From assembly GCF_963921235.1 (NCBI RefSeq), contig NC_086097.1:208880001-208944000 (forward strand): a stretch of 64,000 bases of DNA, written 5' to 3'. Under the pieces are notes generated by a model that searched no databases, had not been told where the DNA came from, and was given only the letters and a program-made list of their open reading frames with translations. The position numbers and the translations under genes were made by a program. This stretch comes from Mobula hypostoma (taxonomy: Eukaryota). How positions within the stretch are numbered: position 1 is the first letter of the stretch; every line of letters begins with the position of its first letter. Shown piece by piece: positions 36,590 to 48,985 of this stretch.

Positions 36590-36686
36590 GGTCCTGACGA
36601 AGGGTCTCGGCCTGAAACGTCGACTGCACCTCCTCCTACAGATGCTGCTTGGCCTGCTGCGTTCACCAGCAACTTTGATGTATGTT
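36590..36686 (+). mobile_element. Solo Penelope-like tail starting at an intact hammerhead motif (36590-36625)
   Basis: ggtc CTGACGA agggtctcggcct GAAA cg TC gact, followed by the conserved tail. Confidence 0.85.
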
Positions 36687-37348
36687 CCATGGTGTAAGTC
36701 TGATTTAATTTAAAATACTAATTCATCACTTACAGATTCCTTGGACGTCCACAGTCTCAAATATTCCACCCACCTGATTTCCAGCTTATTCCTGAGTCCA
36801 TGATGATTGCTTGGTCAATCAATAACTCCAATATGATCCATGTATGATTATAGCTTTGGATGAATGTCAATATTTTGAGTATCCTAAGCTCAATAGTTAA
36901 AATCACCTGACCCTCTTTCCTAGATGCTTTCCGAAGTTCACCACCTGTGTCTACACTGCACAGCTCCCATTCAGAGATAAAATAGGCTAACTGATTGACA
37001 GACCTATGAGAGGGGCAATGCAATGATACACAAACAGGAAGGAAATGTCAGAGGAATGATCAACACTCCAAACCCCACATGGTCTCATAGATAAGGAGGT
37101 CTCGCCACATTTTACAACACTTGGAAGAAGTACTGAAAGTAGCAAGGTCAAAGGATGTACTCTGGATGGGGATTTCCAATTACCACCACTGACAGGCTTG
37201 GTAGAATCATCACACAGCAACTTCTAGAGGCAAAGTTACCTCTTTACACCATCACACAAGGAAATCTGCAGATGCTGGAATTTCAAGCAACACACATAAA
37301 AGTTGCTGGTGAACGCAGCTGGCCAGACAGCATTTATAGGAAGAGGTA

Positions 37349-37386
37349 CAGTCGACATTTCGGGCCGAGACCCTTCGTCAGAACTA
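37349..37386 (-). ncRNA. Minimal type I hammerhead ribozyme motif
   Basis: Minus strand tagtt CTGACGA agggtctcggccc GAAA tg TC gactg. Confidence 0.65.
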
Positions 37387-38473
37387 ACTGAAAGAAGAGC
37401 TTTGAAACTGGGGGGGGGGGGGGAAACGAGGTGCGGTGAAGTCGAGACGGTTGATGTCCCGTCGGCAGTTAGCAATAAAGAGATCCAGAGCAGGCAGAAG
37501 ACCAGAGCGGGATGTCCATGAAGAGGAGGAGGGTTGAAGACGGGAGAGGGGGTCATCGGTGGGGGTGGAAGAGTCCTTGCTGAAGAAGAAGGCTCAGAGA
37601 CGGAGCTGGCGGAAGAAGAAGAGCTCCGCGTCATGGCGAACACGGAACTCGCTGAGGTGTGGGCAAAGGAGGACAAAGTGAGGCCCTTACTGAGGACAGA
37701 GCGCTCTGCCTCAGGGAGTTAAGGTCGAAGGGGATGGTAAAGACCTGGCACGGCTTCAGATTGCAGCCCCTGCCATTGATCTCACCGGCCTTCAGATTGC
37801 AGCCCCTGCCATTAATCTCGCTGGCTCCAATACCTCAGGGCATATTCAAAACCTGGACTCCAGCAACGACCATGGACACCTTCAAAGCGATTGCGCAACC
37901 ACCAACTGCGACTCCCAGCCTTGAACTCCAGGCCGGGTCTTATGTGCTGCTATTGTGACTCCCGTCTCCCCTTCCCCCACCACCACTCTGCCACCCCGTC
38001 TCCCTCAGATCCCACCGTCAACTCCTGGGCCCTCAGAGGCTCCATCTTCCTCTCACCCCAACCCTCCCCTCTCCCCCTCCTCCTCTGATCCCACTTCTCA
38101 TCTGTGCCGGGTCTTTACCATCCCCTCCGACCTTCAACTCCCTGAGGCAGAGCGCTCTGTCCTCAGTAAGGACCTTACCTTTGACCCCCTTTGCCCACAC
38201 CTCAGCGAGTTCTGAGTTCGCCATGATGCAGAACTCTTCTTCCGCCAGCTCCGTCTCTGAGCCTACTTCTGTGGCAAGGACTCTACCACCCCCACCGATG
38301 ACCCCTTCTCCCGTCTTCAACCCTCCACCTCTTCATGGACACCCCGCTCTGGTCTTCTGCCTGCTCTGGATCTCTTTATTGCTAACTGCCGACGGGACAT
38401 CAAGTGTCTCGATTTCACTGCACCTTGTTCCCCCCCTCCCACTTTCAAATCTCTTACTAGCTCTTCTTTCAGT

Positions 38474-38511
38474 TAGTTCTGACGAAGGGTCTCGGCCCGA
38501 AACGTCGACTG
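38474..38511 (+). ncRNA. Minimal type I hammerhead ribozyme motif
   Basis: tagtt CTGACGA agggtctcggccc GAAA cg TC gactg. Confidence 0.75.
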
Positions 38512-38784
38512 TACCTCTTCCTATAGATGCTGCCTGGCCGGTTGCGTTCACCAGCAATTTTTATGTGTCTTTACACCATCAGTCATCTTATATGGTCTGA
38601 AACGAGCCAAATGGGATAAGCTCATAACAGATCTGATTGTTCAAAACTGGACATCCAGGAAGCATTGTAGATAATCAATAGATTATCAACACAGAGCCAA
38701 AATCTGTAACTCTCATTGTATAGCATATATAGTATCTCTCTCAGCTATTAACATCCGACCCCAATACCCTTGAATGGAGATACT

Positions 38785-40880
38785 TAACAGAAGTTCATGC
38801 CAGGTAAAGCCCTCTCCACCACTAAGCACATTTACAAGGAGTGAGGTCACAGGAAAGCAGCATCTATCATCAAGATGCCTCACCTTCCAGCCCAAGCTGT
38901 TCTCTTGCTGCTGCCATCAGAAAGCAGGTACAGGAGCCTCAAGTCCAATACCGCCAGGTTTAGGAACAGTTACTACCCCTCACCCAAAAGGCTCATGAAC
39001 CAGAGGGATAACTTCACTCATCCCAACATCGAACTGATTCCTCAATCTATGGACTCACTCTTAAGGACCCTACAACTCGTGTTCTCAATATTTACAGGTG
39101 TCCCCCGCTTTTCGAACGTTCACTTTACGAAACCTCACTATTAAGAAAGACCTACATTAGTACCCTGTTTTCGCTTTCAGAAGGTGTTTTCACTGTTATG
39201 AAAAGAAAGCAGCGTGTGGGGAAAATCAGCGTGCGAAAAAATCAGCGCATGGTAAAAGGCAGCGCGCGCCCTGAGCAGCCACTCTCCCCCGGATTCGGAA
39301 TGGCATTCTCGTCGGCATTGCTTAAACACGCCTGTGAGCAGCTGTTTGCAAGATGAGTTCTAAGGTATTAGAAAAGCCTGAAAGAGCTCGTAAGGGTATT
39401 ACACTTAGCGTAAAACTAGACATAATTAAGCGTTTTGATCGTGGTGAACAAAGTAAGGACTAAGTGAGTTTGGCTTGTGGAAGCTGACGAAGATGATGTT
39501 GAAGAGGTTTTGGCATCCTATGACCAAGAACTGATAGATGAAGAGCTGATGCAATTGGAAGAGGAAAGGATAACAATTGAAACCGAATGAAGAAAGTGAA
39601 GCAACTGCGTGAGATTTTCGCTGCAATGATAAAGTACGACTTTAATTTTGAAAGGGTACATAGGTTTAGGGGATATTTGCAGGATGGTTTGAGTCCTTAT
39701 AAAGAACTGTATGATAGAAAAATGCGCGAGGCTCAGTAGTCAAGCAAGCCTTCCGCATCAGCCACAGCAGACGACGAACCTCGACCTTCGACATCTAGGC
39801 AGGCAGTCACAGGAGAAGATGAACTGCCTGCCCTGATCGACGATGAGATGACACCCCAGTGTCCCACCACCCCAACACCCGGGCCCCGGACAGATACTGA
39901 TTCGCGGAGAATGCAGCGGTAGCCGGGGGGGCACACAGCACATCTTTAAGAAAAAAGCCGAAATAAACATGTTAGTTAATTAGGTGCCACCCGACACGTA
40001 ATTATTTAGCATGTTTATTTCGGCTTTTTTCTTAAAGATGTGCTGGATGCCTCCTGGCTACTGCTGGACCCCTGCATGCTTCACGGTTCGGTATCTGTCG
40101 GCGGCCTGGAGGGTGGGGGCCACTGCACCACCCAACCTGCGATGACTCAGTCTAACACACCATTATCAGTGTGCTCGGCGCTGAACCAATTCCGGTAAGT
40201 GATACTACACTGTACATACATTATTTCTACTTTATATCAGCTGTGTATTTTTACGTGTTATTTGGTATGATTTGGCAGCTTCATAGCTTAAAGGTTACTG
40301 GAGAGCGCTTGCGCCGTGTTCTTACCAACAGCACTTGCATGAGATTTTCTGCTGACGGCGCTTGGGCGAGATTTTCGCTACGGAGAACATTTCAGTAATG
40401 ATTGCGGAAAAGTATTTCTACTTTATATAGGCTGTGTATTTATCATATTATTCCTGCTTTTACTATATGTTACTGTTATTTTAGGTTTTATGTGTTATTT
40501 GGCAATATTTGGTAGGTTATTTTTGGGTCTGCGAACGCTCACAAATTTTTCCCATATAAATAAATGGTAATTGCTTCTTCGCTTTATGACAATTCGGCTT
40601 ACGAACCGTTTCATAGGAACGCTCTACCTTCGGATGGCGGGGAAAACCTGTATTTGTTATTTATTTATTATTACAGTTTTTGTATTTTCATAGGTTGATG
40701 TCTTTTGTACATTGCTTGTCTATCTGTTTGTCTTTGTTTTTCATTGATTCTATTGTGTTTCATGGTTTTTCACTGATTCTATTGTGTTTCTTTGTATCTA
40801 CTGTGAATGCCCAGAAGAAAAAGAATCTCAGGGTAGTATGTGGTGACATATACATGCTTTGATAATACATTTACTTTGAG
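38785..40880 (+). mobile_element. Rex1/Babar LINE 3' end split by Tigger-like copy 4
   Basis: LLPSESRYRSLKSNTARFRNSYYP; the 3' UTR resumes at 40651 and matches 10950-11200. Confidence 0.8.
39095..40650 (+). mobile_element. Non-autonomous Tigger/pogo-like element, copy 4
   Basis: TA|caggtgtcccccg ... ggaaaacctg|TA; same transposase remnants as the other copies. Confidence 0.92.
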
Positions 40881-41134
40881 CCAGGGGTTTTAGCTTCGCT
40901 CAATGAGGAGCTTTAAAGGACATACCAGGAGCAATATCGGGTTTATCAGATAAGGAGTTGCCAACTTGGTGAATGTGCAGCACAGGAACAAAATCAGTGT
41001 TGAAGATGCAGAGGTAAGTTACCTCAAAACCAGCAGATCAGGTCAAAAGTGAATTTGGATCACATTCGCATTGGCTGACACGGACGAGTGGGCCGAACGG
41101 TCTGTTTCTGAGCTGAGTGGACTCCCTGAATCTA

Positions 41135-41830
41135 CGACTGTCGTCCTGTCACATCTGGTCATGAATGATGGTGGACAATTAAAATATTAACAGGAGAGGA
41201 TGCCACATCCAACACCAGCGATCATGGGACTAGTATGTTACCGGTATGAAGCACCCAGTACCAGATACAGCCTGTGGAGTGGATGATCCATCTCAACTTC
41301 CTCTTTAGTCCAAACAGTGGTTAAAAAGCCAAATTCCATGGATGAAGAAAGAGTAATTTCCCTTGACATCAAAGCAATATTTGAACAACTGTTATATCAA
41401 AGTAAAGCTGGAATCAGTGGACAGCATCCAGTCTAATGTTTGGAGTCGTACCAGACACAATGGAAAACGCTTGTGGTTTGCGGAAGCCAATCAACCCAGC
41501 TCTAAGATGTTGCTGCAAGAATTCTTCTGGCCAGCGTCTTAGGTATGAGCATCTACAGCTACTTCATTAACACTTACTTCCATCATCAGGTCAGAAGTGG
41601 AGATGTTCACTAAAAATTGCATAATGTTCACTTCCTTTCTCAACTCGATCCCAATGAACCACCCCATACATTCATGCAACAAGACCTCGACAAAACAATA
41701 AGCAATCTAATTTTTGAGAAGCAGCAAGCAACATTCACATCATAATTGTACTAGGAAAAAGCCATCTACAAGTCAAGACTTAAATCCCCTTAACATTTAA
41801 TGGAATTACTAATCCAGAATCCTCCTGCGA
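41135..41830 (+). mobile_element. Ancient CR1-group LINE RT relic
   Basis: LDIKAIF..., SVLG...YSYFIN...SIIRSEVEMF motifs in broken frames. Confidence 0.55.
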
Positions 41831-42667
41831 CTCAACACTGAGCAGAAGCTCAGCTAGAACAGCCACATAAAAACCAGAACTCCAACAGCAGTTCAGCGAT
41901 TGTACGTCCTGCCATGTGTGACTCACTACCTGTCTCCCTCCTCCACTGCACTCCCTCCGCCCCACCACCTCCAAAGTCCTTTTTTGAAGGCGCAAGTCTG
42001 AAATGGAATACCCTCCACTTGCTTGGGAGAGTGCATTTGCAGCAACATTCACGTAGGTCAATGGCATCAAGACAAAGCAGCCTGCTTGGTTGGCACCTAA
42101 GCATTCATTTCTTCTGCTACCCAGTACAATGTTGCTGCAGTGGGTTTCCTACCTACAGAATAAACAATGACTATAGCACCACCTCCCAAATTCACAGTCA
42201 TTGCCATCAAGTTAAACAAGAGTTTCTGGTACAAGGGGAACCTGCATCACTTGCAGATATCACTCCAAAATGTGTACCTTACCGACTTCAATAGAGGCTT
42301 GTTCCCTATATCCTTTACAGAACTGTAGCATTGATTTTTTTTAATTTATCCGATAAAACAACTGTAGTCTTGTTCTAAAGTCTCATGTCAAAGGGAGCAC
42401 CGGGGAGAGTGTAGCATACCTTTAGCACTGCATTCGAATGTTGACCTTGGTTTGTGTGCTCAAGTCCCTGCAGCTCTCTGTTATCTCAAACTAAACTGTT
42501 TTGTTCTGGAGTAGAGATAATCAGCGATGTCAGCCATTGTGATCTTTGGTCCAAATTTAACAGCCCAATGTGTAGTGTGAGAGAAGTTTGCAAAGAAACA
42601 TAGAGTGACAGAGAAAATTACTTGACAGCGATAAAAAATTTATACGTCCTAAATTTCAACCATAAAG

Positions 42668-42799
42668 CACTCAATGAAGAGACTCGGCCTGAAACATTGA
42701 CTGTTTATCATTTCCATAGATGTGCCTGACCTGCTGAGTTCCTCCAGCATTTTCTGGGTGTTGCTCAGGATTTCTAGCACCTGCAGAATCTCTTGTGTA
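42668..42799 (+). mobile_element. Degenerate Penelope-like tail
   Basis: tgaagagactcggcctgaaacattgactg...ctgacctgctgagttcctccagcatttt. Confidence 0.75.
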
Positions 42800-42805
42800 G
42801 ACCAT

Positions 42806-43157
42806 CACAGGTCCAGACCCACCCTCTCGACATCCCTTCCCGGATCCAGCGGCATGGTAGGGTCCAGGACGGCTGGGGGAAGTTCTGTTGCAGTGAATGG
42901 CCAGACCAAGCTTCGATGCAAGGGATGCCCTTTCCGCGCTTCATGGCACGTGTTTGCTAGATGGCTGTTGACCCTACTAGAGGGTTCATCCGCCCTTTGA
43001 CAGGTCTTGTTTTACGTCTTGCAGGGTGTCTAGCCACCCTCCTCACCAGGCAAGCCTGGTGGGGGAGCTGGTTTAGTCGCCGACCACCCGACCATGTGAC
43101 AGGTAGTACTGGGTTACATGGTACCAGTAGCACTCAGATGAGTGACTGACCAGACCT
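42806..43157 (-). mobile_element. GC-rich structured insertion, possibly derived from an RTE-clade 5' UTR
   Basis: Sharp GC shift, multiple hairpins and a flanking gaccat duplication (42800-42805, 43158-43163). The family assignment is tentative. Confidence 0.35.
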
Positions 43158-43342
43158 GACCATGACACTCTAACGTCTATGCTGAATGCTCTGATTGATC
43201 AAACCAAATCTCACCAAAAGTTTTCTTTACCTCACTGTCTACCTATCACACCACTTCCAATACACCTCAGCCCCTCATTTCTACACCACCTCTCAGTGCC
43301 CTACTGATCATTGAGAAATTCTTACTCTCATTCGTAGATAAT

Positions 43343-43745
43343 TTATAGAGAAGTACAGCACAGAAATGTGCCCTTCGGCCAATCTAGTCCATGCCAACCT
43401 TCCAGCAGATTGCACCCGGACCATGGCCCTCCATATCCCTACATTCCACATACTTATCCAAACTTCTCTTAAACATCGAAATCAAGCTTTCATGCACCAC
43501 TTGTGCTGGCAGCTCATTCCACACTCCCATGACCCTCTGAGTGAAGACATTTCCCCTTATGTTCCCCTTAAACTTTTCACCTTTCACCCTTAGCCCATGA
43601 ACTCTGGTTGTAGGTCTACCCAACCTCAATGGTAAAAGCCTGCTTGCATTTACTCTATCTATACCCCTCATAACTTTGTATACCTTTATCAAATCTCCTC
43701 TCAATCTTCTACAGTTCTAAGGAATAAAGTCCTAACCTATTCTCT
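43343..43745 (-). mobile_element. CR1 3' end
   Basis: RGDLIKVYKVMRGIDRV...FTQRVMGVWNELP. Confidence 0.9.
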
Positions 43746-44515
43746 ATCAGAAAATGTAACGTCTTGTATTTATCTTTATTTGTCTAAATTAAACTCCATT
43801 TACCAATTCTCAACCCACTTACCAACCAGACGAAGGTCCCTCTGTAATTCCTGATAACGGTCTTCGCTGTCCTTAAAGGAATTAGCAATGATGGCAGACA
43901 CATGATATTGCCTTCAAATATACTTACTTCATTGAGAAACTGGAAAGAGAGAAGTGGCCACAATAACCTCTGAGATCCAATCACTGAATATTACTGATCG
44001 ATCTGCTTTTAAAGATAGCTACTAACTTATGTTGAGCTTCACCAACAGAGGAAAAGAGTTCTAAGGCTAAGCATTAAATGTACTTTATTCTCCCTGTCTG
44101 GACAGAATTGTTGCATCATGATTTCCCTGATGTGCTTAAGACAAGATTTAGCCTGAATTTCAGGACTACTGTTTTCATTGAGGGTAACTGGGATCATCAG
44201 GAGAGAAAGAGTTGGCCAAATCACAGGTAGTGATGAATAAGCATACAGGAGTAAGCTAGAGCACCTGGTTGAGAGGATGTTGGATTAAAAATCTCGCCCT
44301 CAAGGTCAATGAAACTAAGGAGTTAATCGGTGACTACGGAAAGGGGAAGTTGAGAAACCACATGCCAGTTTTCATTGGTGGGTCAGAGATGGAGATAGTA
44401 AGCAGATTAAAATTAATATCTCAGATTATCTCTCTTGGGCTCACATGTAGATGGAATAACAAATAAGGTATGCCAATGCTTCTACTTTCTTTAGAAGCTT
44501 AAGGAGATTTGGCAT

Positions 44516-46045
44516 ATAACCATATAACTATATAACAATTACAGCATGGAAACAGGCCATCTCAGCCCTTCTAGTCCGTGCCGAACGCTTACTCTCATCT
44601 AGTCCCATCTACCTGCACTCAGCCCATAACCCTCCATTCCTTTCCTGTCCATATAACTATCCAATTTTTTTTTTATGACAAAATCAAACCTGCCTCTATC
44701 ACTTCTACTGGAAGCTCGTTCCACACAGCTACCACTCTCTGAGTAAAGAAGTTCCCCCTCGTGTTACCTCTAAACTTTTGCCCCTTAAGATTCAGCTCAT
44801 GTCCTCTTGTTTGAATCTCCCCTACTCTCAATGGAAAAAGCCTATCCATGTCAACTCTATCTACCTCCCTCATGATATTAAATACGCCCATGGAATTACA
44901 GGAAAGTTACATACGTGGATAGGCCGTTGGCTGATTGTCAGGAAACAGAGACTAGGAATAAGGGGATCCTATTCTGGTTGGCTGCCGGTTACCAGTGGTG
45001 TTCCACAGGGATCTGTGTTGGGGCCACTTCTTTTTATGTTGTACATCAACGATTTGGATTATGGAATAGATGGCTTTGTGGCTAAGTTTGCTGATGATAC
45101 AAAGATAGGTGGATGGGCTGGTAGTGCTGAGGAAACAGAGAGTCTGAAGAGAGACTTGGATAGATTGGAAGAATGGGCAAAGAAGTGGCAAATGAAATAC
45201 AATATGGTTATGCACTTTGGCAGAAGAAATAAATGGGCAGACTATTGTTTAAATGGAGAGGGAATTCAAAGTTCTGAGATGCAACGAGACTTGGGAGTCC
45301 TCGTGCAGGATACCCTTAAGGTTAACCTCCAGGTTGAGTTGGTGGTGAAGAAGGCGAATGCAATGTTGGCATTCATTTCTAGAGGAATAGAGTATAGGAG
45401 CAGGGATGTGATGTTGAGGCTCTATAAGGCGCTGGTAAGACCTCACTTGGAGTACTTGGGCAGTTTTGGGCTCCTTATTTAAGAAAGGATGTGCTGACGT
45501 TGGAAAGGGTACAGAGGAGATTCACTAGAATGATTCCGGGAATGAGACAGTTAACATATGAGGAACGTTTGTCTGCTCTTGGACTGTACTCCTTGGAGTT
45601 TAGAAGAATGAGGGGAGACCTCATAGAAACATTTCAAATGTTGAAAGGCATGGACAGAGTGGATGTGGCAAAGCTGTTTCCCATGATGGGGGAGTCTCTT
45701 ACGAGAGGACATGACTTAAGGATTGAAAGCCGCCCATTCAGAAAAGAGATGCGAAGAAATTTTTCTAGCCAGTGGATGGTGAATCTATGGAATTTGTTGC
45801 CACGGGCAGCAGTGGAGGCCAAGTCACTGGGTGTATTTAAGGCAGAGATTGATAGGTATCTGAATAGCCAGGGCATCAAAGGTTATAGTGAGAAAGCGAG
45901 GGAGTGGGACTAAATGGGAGAATGGATCAGCTCATGATAAAATGGCGGAGTAGATTCGATGGGCCGAATGGCCGCCTTCTGCTCCTTTGTCTTGTCTATC
46001 AAGTCCGCCCTTAACCTTCTACGCTCCAAAGAATAAAGACTTAAT
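44516..46045 (-). mobile_element. CR1 3' end (parts 44516-44885 and 45994-46045) split by a plus-strand CR1
   Basis: VFNIMREVDRVD...NFFTQRVVAVWNELP; (TATATGGT)n-like tail; sequence resumes at tctatcaagtcc. Confidence 0.85.
44886..45993 (+). mobile_element. CR1 RT and 3' end
   Basis: VTSGVPQGSVLGPLLFMLYINDLD...KFADDTKIGG. Confidence 0.93.
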
Positions 46046-46409
46046 CAAATACTCTATCAAACATTGACAGACGAATTGTGGAAAGTATCCTGACTGGCTG
46101 CATCATTGGATATTAGGGAAATTCTCACACACAGGAACACAAGAGGCTGCAGAGATTAACGTACACAGCCAGGTCCATCACAGTCACAGCCTTACCCACC
46201 ATTGACAGCATCTACAGGAAACCCTGCCTCAAGAAGGAAACAACTTATAGTTAAGGATCCCCACCATCTGTGTTGTGTTCGCTTGTTGCTGCTACCAATA
46301 GCAAGAAGTACATCACCATCAGGCTCATGAACAGATATTTTCCTACAACCATCGTGTCCTTGAACTGACCTGCACAACCTCAATACTTTCACAACAATGG
46401 AACACTGCA

Positions 46410-46745
46410 GATCAAAGTTCAAAGTAAATTTATTATCAAAGTACATATATATATCACTATAGACAACCCTGAGATTTATTTTCTGGCAGTCATACATAAT
46501 AGATTCAGAATAGAATAATACCCGTAATAAAATCAATGAAAGACCACAGCTCCTGGATTTTCAACCAGTGTGCAAAATAACAAACTGTACAAATACAGAA
46601 GAAGTAATAATATCAAATACATAAGCAATAAATATTGAAAACATGAGATGAAGAGTCCCTGAAAGTGAGTACATGGGTTGTAGGAAAATTTCAGTGATGG
46701 GGCAAGTGAAGTTGAGTGAAGTTATCCCCTTTGGTTCAAGAAGCA
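46410..46745 (-). mobile_element. Rex1-like LINE 3' UTR
   Basis: tcaaagttcaaagtaaatttattatcaaa tail, the reverse complement of the tail at 40800-40880. Confidence 0.7.
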
Positions 46746-46862
46746 CAGTCGTGCCTCGATCAAACCGCTGAAGAAAAAACGCTCTCCTTTTAAGTTCTTC
46801 CCACCGGTCTAACTCGCTGATGCCCACGTGCCTGCGCAGTCATGCCTCAAAGTCATCAAAGT

Positions 46863-48985
46863 CCAAAGTTCAAAGTAAATTTAATGTAAATTTTTTTATC
46901 AGAATACATAGGAGGGGTGATTGATAAGTTCGTGCCCTAAGGTAGAAGGAGTCAATTTTAGAAAACCTAGCACATTTTTTTCCTACATTTACACACTTTG
47001 TCCAGCGGTCGTGGAGCATATGGATCCCTCCTTTGTAAAAATTGGTGTCTTGGACCTCCAGAAGTGGTCCACAGCAGGGGTGATTTATAAGTTTGTGGCC
47101 TAAGGTAGAAGGAGATGAGTTATTAACTTCAAACTTTCTGCATTTTCACTCAAAGAGTTGAACTGCACGTGCATGTAACAAGAACTGTATAACTCATCTC
47201 CTTCTACCTTAGTCCAGAAATTTATCAATCACCCCTGCTGTGGGCCACTTCTACAAAGAAGGGATCTGTGTGCTCCACAACCGCTGGACTAAGTGTCTAC
47301 ATGTAGGAGGGGACTATGTTGAAAAGTAAATGTGCTAGGTTTTCTAAAATTGACTTCTTCTACCTTGGGCCACAAACTTATCAATCACCCCTCGTACATG
47401 TCACCACATACAACCCTGAGTTTTTTTTTTGCATACTTAGCAAATCTATAGAACAGTAACAGTAAACGGGATCAATAGACAACAAACTGTGCAAATGGAA
47501 ATATAAATAAATAGCAATAAATAACGAGAGCATGAAATAACAAGATAAAGAGTCCTTAAAGTGAGACCATCGGTTGCAGGAACACCAAAAGTAGAATGAG
47601 TGTAGTTATCCCCCTTTGTTCAAGAGCCTGATGCTTGGTGGGTAATAACTATTCTTGAACCTGGTGGTGTGAGTCCTGAGGCTCCAGTACCTTCTTAGTG
47701 GCAGCAGTGAGAAGAGGGCATGACCTGGTTGGGTGGTGGGGGTCCTTGATGATGGATGCTGCTTTCCTGTGACAACATTCCATGTACAGGTGCTCAGCGG
47801 TGGTGAGTGCTTTACCCATGATGGACTGGGCTGTATTCATTAGTTTCTGTAGGATTTTCCATTCAAGGTGTTTCCATACTAGGCTGTGATGCAACCAGTC
47901 AATATAGTCTCCATTGCACATCCATAGGTGTTTGTCAAAGTTTTAGATATCATTCTGAATCTTCAGAGACTCCAAAGGAAGCTGAGGAATTGCTGTATTC
48001 TCCTTGTTATTGCATTTACACTCTGGGCATGGGACAGGTCCTCTGAAATTATAACACCAAGGAACTTGAAGTTGCTGACCATGTCCACCCCAATCCTTTG
48101 ATGAGAATTGGCTAATGGACCTCAGGTTTCCTACTCCTGAAATCAATAATCAGCACCGTGGTCTTGCTGACACTAAGCAACAGGTTGTTGTTGTGGCAAC
48201 ACTCAGTCAGATTTTCAATCTCCCTCCTACATGCTGATTTGTCACCACTTCTGATTCAGCCTATGACAGTGATGTCATCAGGAGACTGGAATACGGCAAA
48301 CAGCTGTGCTTAGCCACACAGTCATAAGTGTAAAGCGAGTAGCGCAGGGGGTTAAGCATACAGCTGATGGTGACTATAGAAGAGGTGTTGTTGCCAATCC
48401 AGACTGACATGAGGAAATTGAGGATCAAATTACACAAGGTGGTATTGAGGCCAAGGTCTTGAAGCTTCTTGATTAATTTTGAGGGGATGATAGTCTTGAA
48501 TCTGTCATCGATAAAGAGCATCCTGATATATGCACCTTTGCAGTCCAAATGTTTCGGGATTGAGTGAAGAGCCAATGAAATGGCATGTGCTGTAGATCTA
48601 TTGCACCAGAGGGAAAATTGGAGCAGATCCAAGTTGTTTCTGTGACAGGAGTTGATATGTTTCATCACCAACCTCTCAAAACGCTTCATCGGTCTGGATG
48701 TAAGTGCTCCTGGATGATTGTCAATGAGGCACGTTACCATGTTCTTAGACACCAATATGAGTGAAGTCTGCTTGAAGCAGGTGGGTACCTCAGATTGCCA
48801 AAGCGAGAGGTTGAAGATCTCAGTGAACACTCCAGCCAGTTGATCAGCACAAGTCTTCAGTACTTGGCTAGATGCCCTCTCTGGGGCTGGATGCTTTCCT
48901 TATGTTGACTTCTCTGAAGGATGCTCTCACATCGGACACAGAGACTGAAATCACAGGATCATCGGGGGCTGTGGGAGTTCATAAT
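46863..48985 (-). mobile_element. Decayed Rex1/Babar LINE (RT to 3' UTR) interrupted by a mariner MITE
   Basis: ORF 48261-48830: FTEIFNLSLWQSEVPTCFKQ...MKRFERLV...LQFS..NRST..YIRMLFID. Confidence 0.88.
46911..47394. mobile_element. Palindromic mariner-like MITE
   Basis: TA|(c/g)gaggggtgattgataagtt ... aacttatcaatcacccctcg|TA; remnant RWTKCLHVGGDYVEK* at about 47282-47329. Confidence 0.88.

Larger units (their letters stand above)
37255..38567. mobile_element. Fold-back, internally deleted Penelope-like element (arms ~37295-37745 / ~38110-38567) with 14-bp TSD
   Basis: TSD tctttacaccatca at 37241-37254 and 38568-38581. The ORF N-terminal segment LPEAERSVLSKDLTF...ELFFRQLRL is fused directly to the tail. 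Confidence 0.9.
44220..46400 (+). mobile_element. Rex1/Babar fragment (parts 44220-44515 and ~46045-46400) split by nested CR1s
   Basis: LKVNETKELIGDY...RRFG| and |SNTLSN...IVESILTGCI. Confidence 0.75.
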
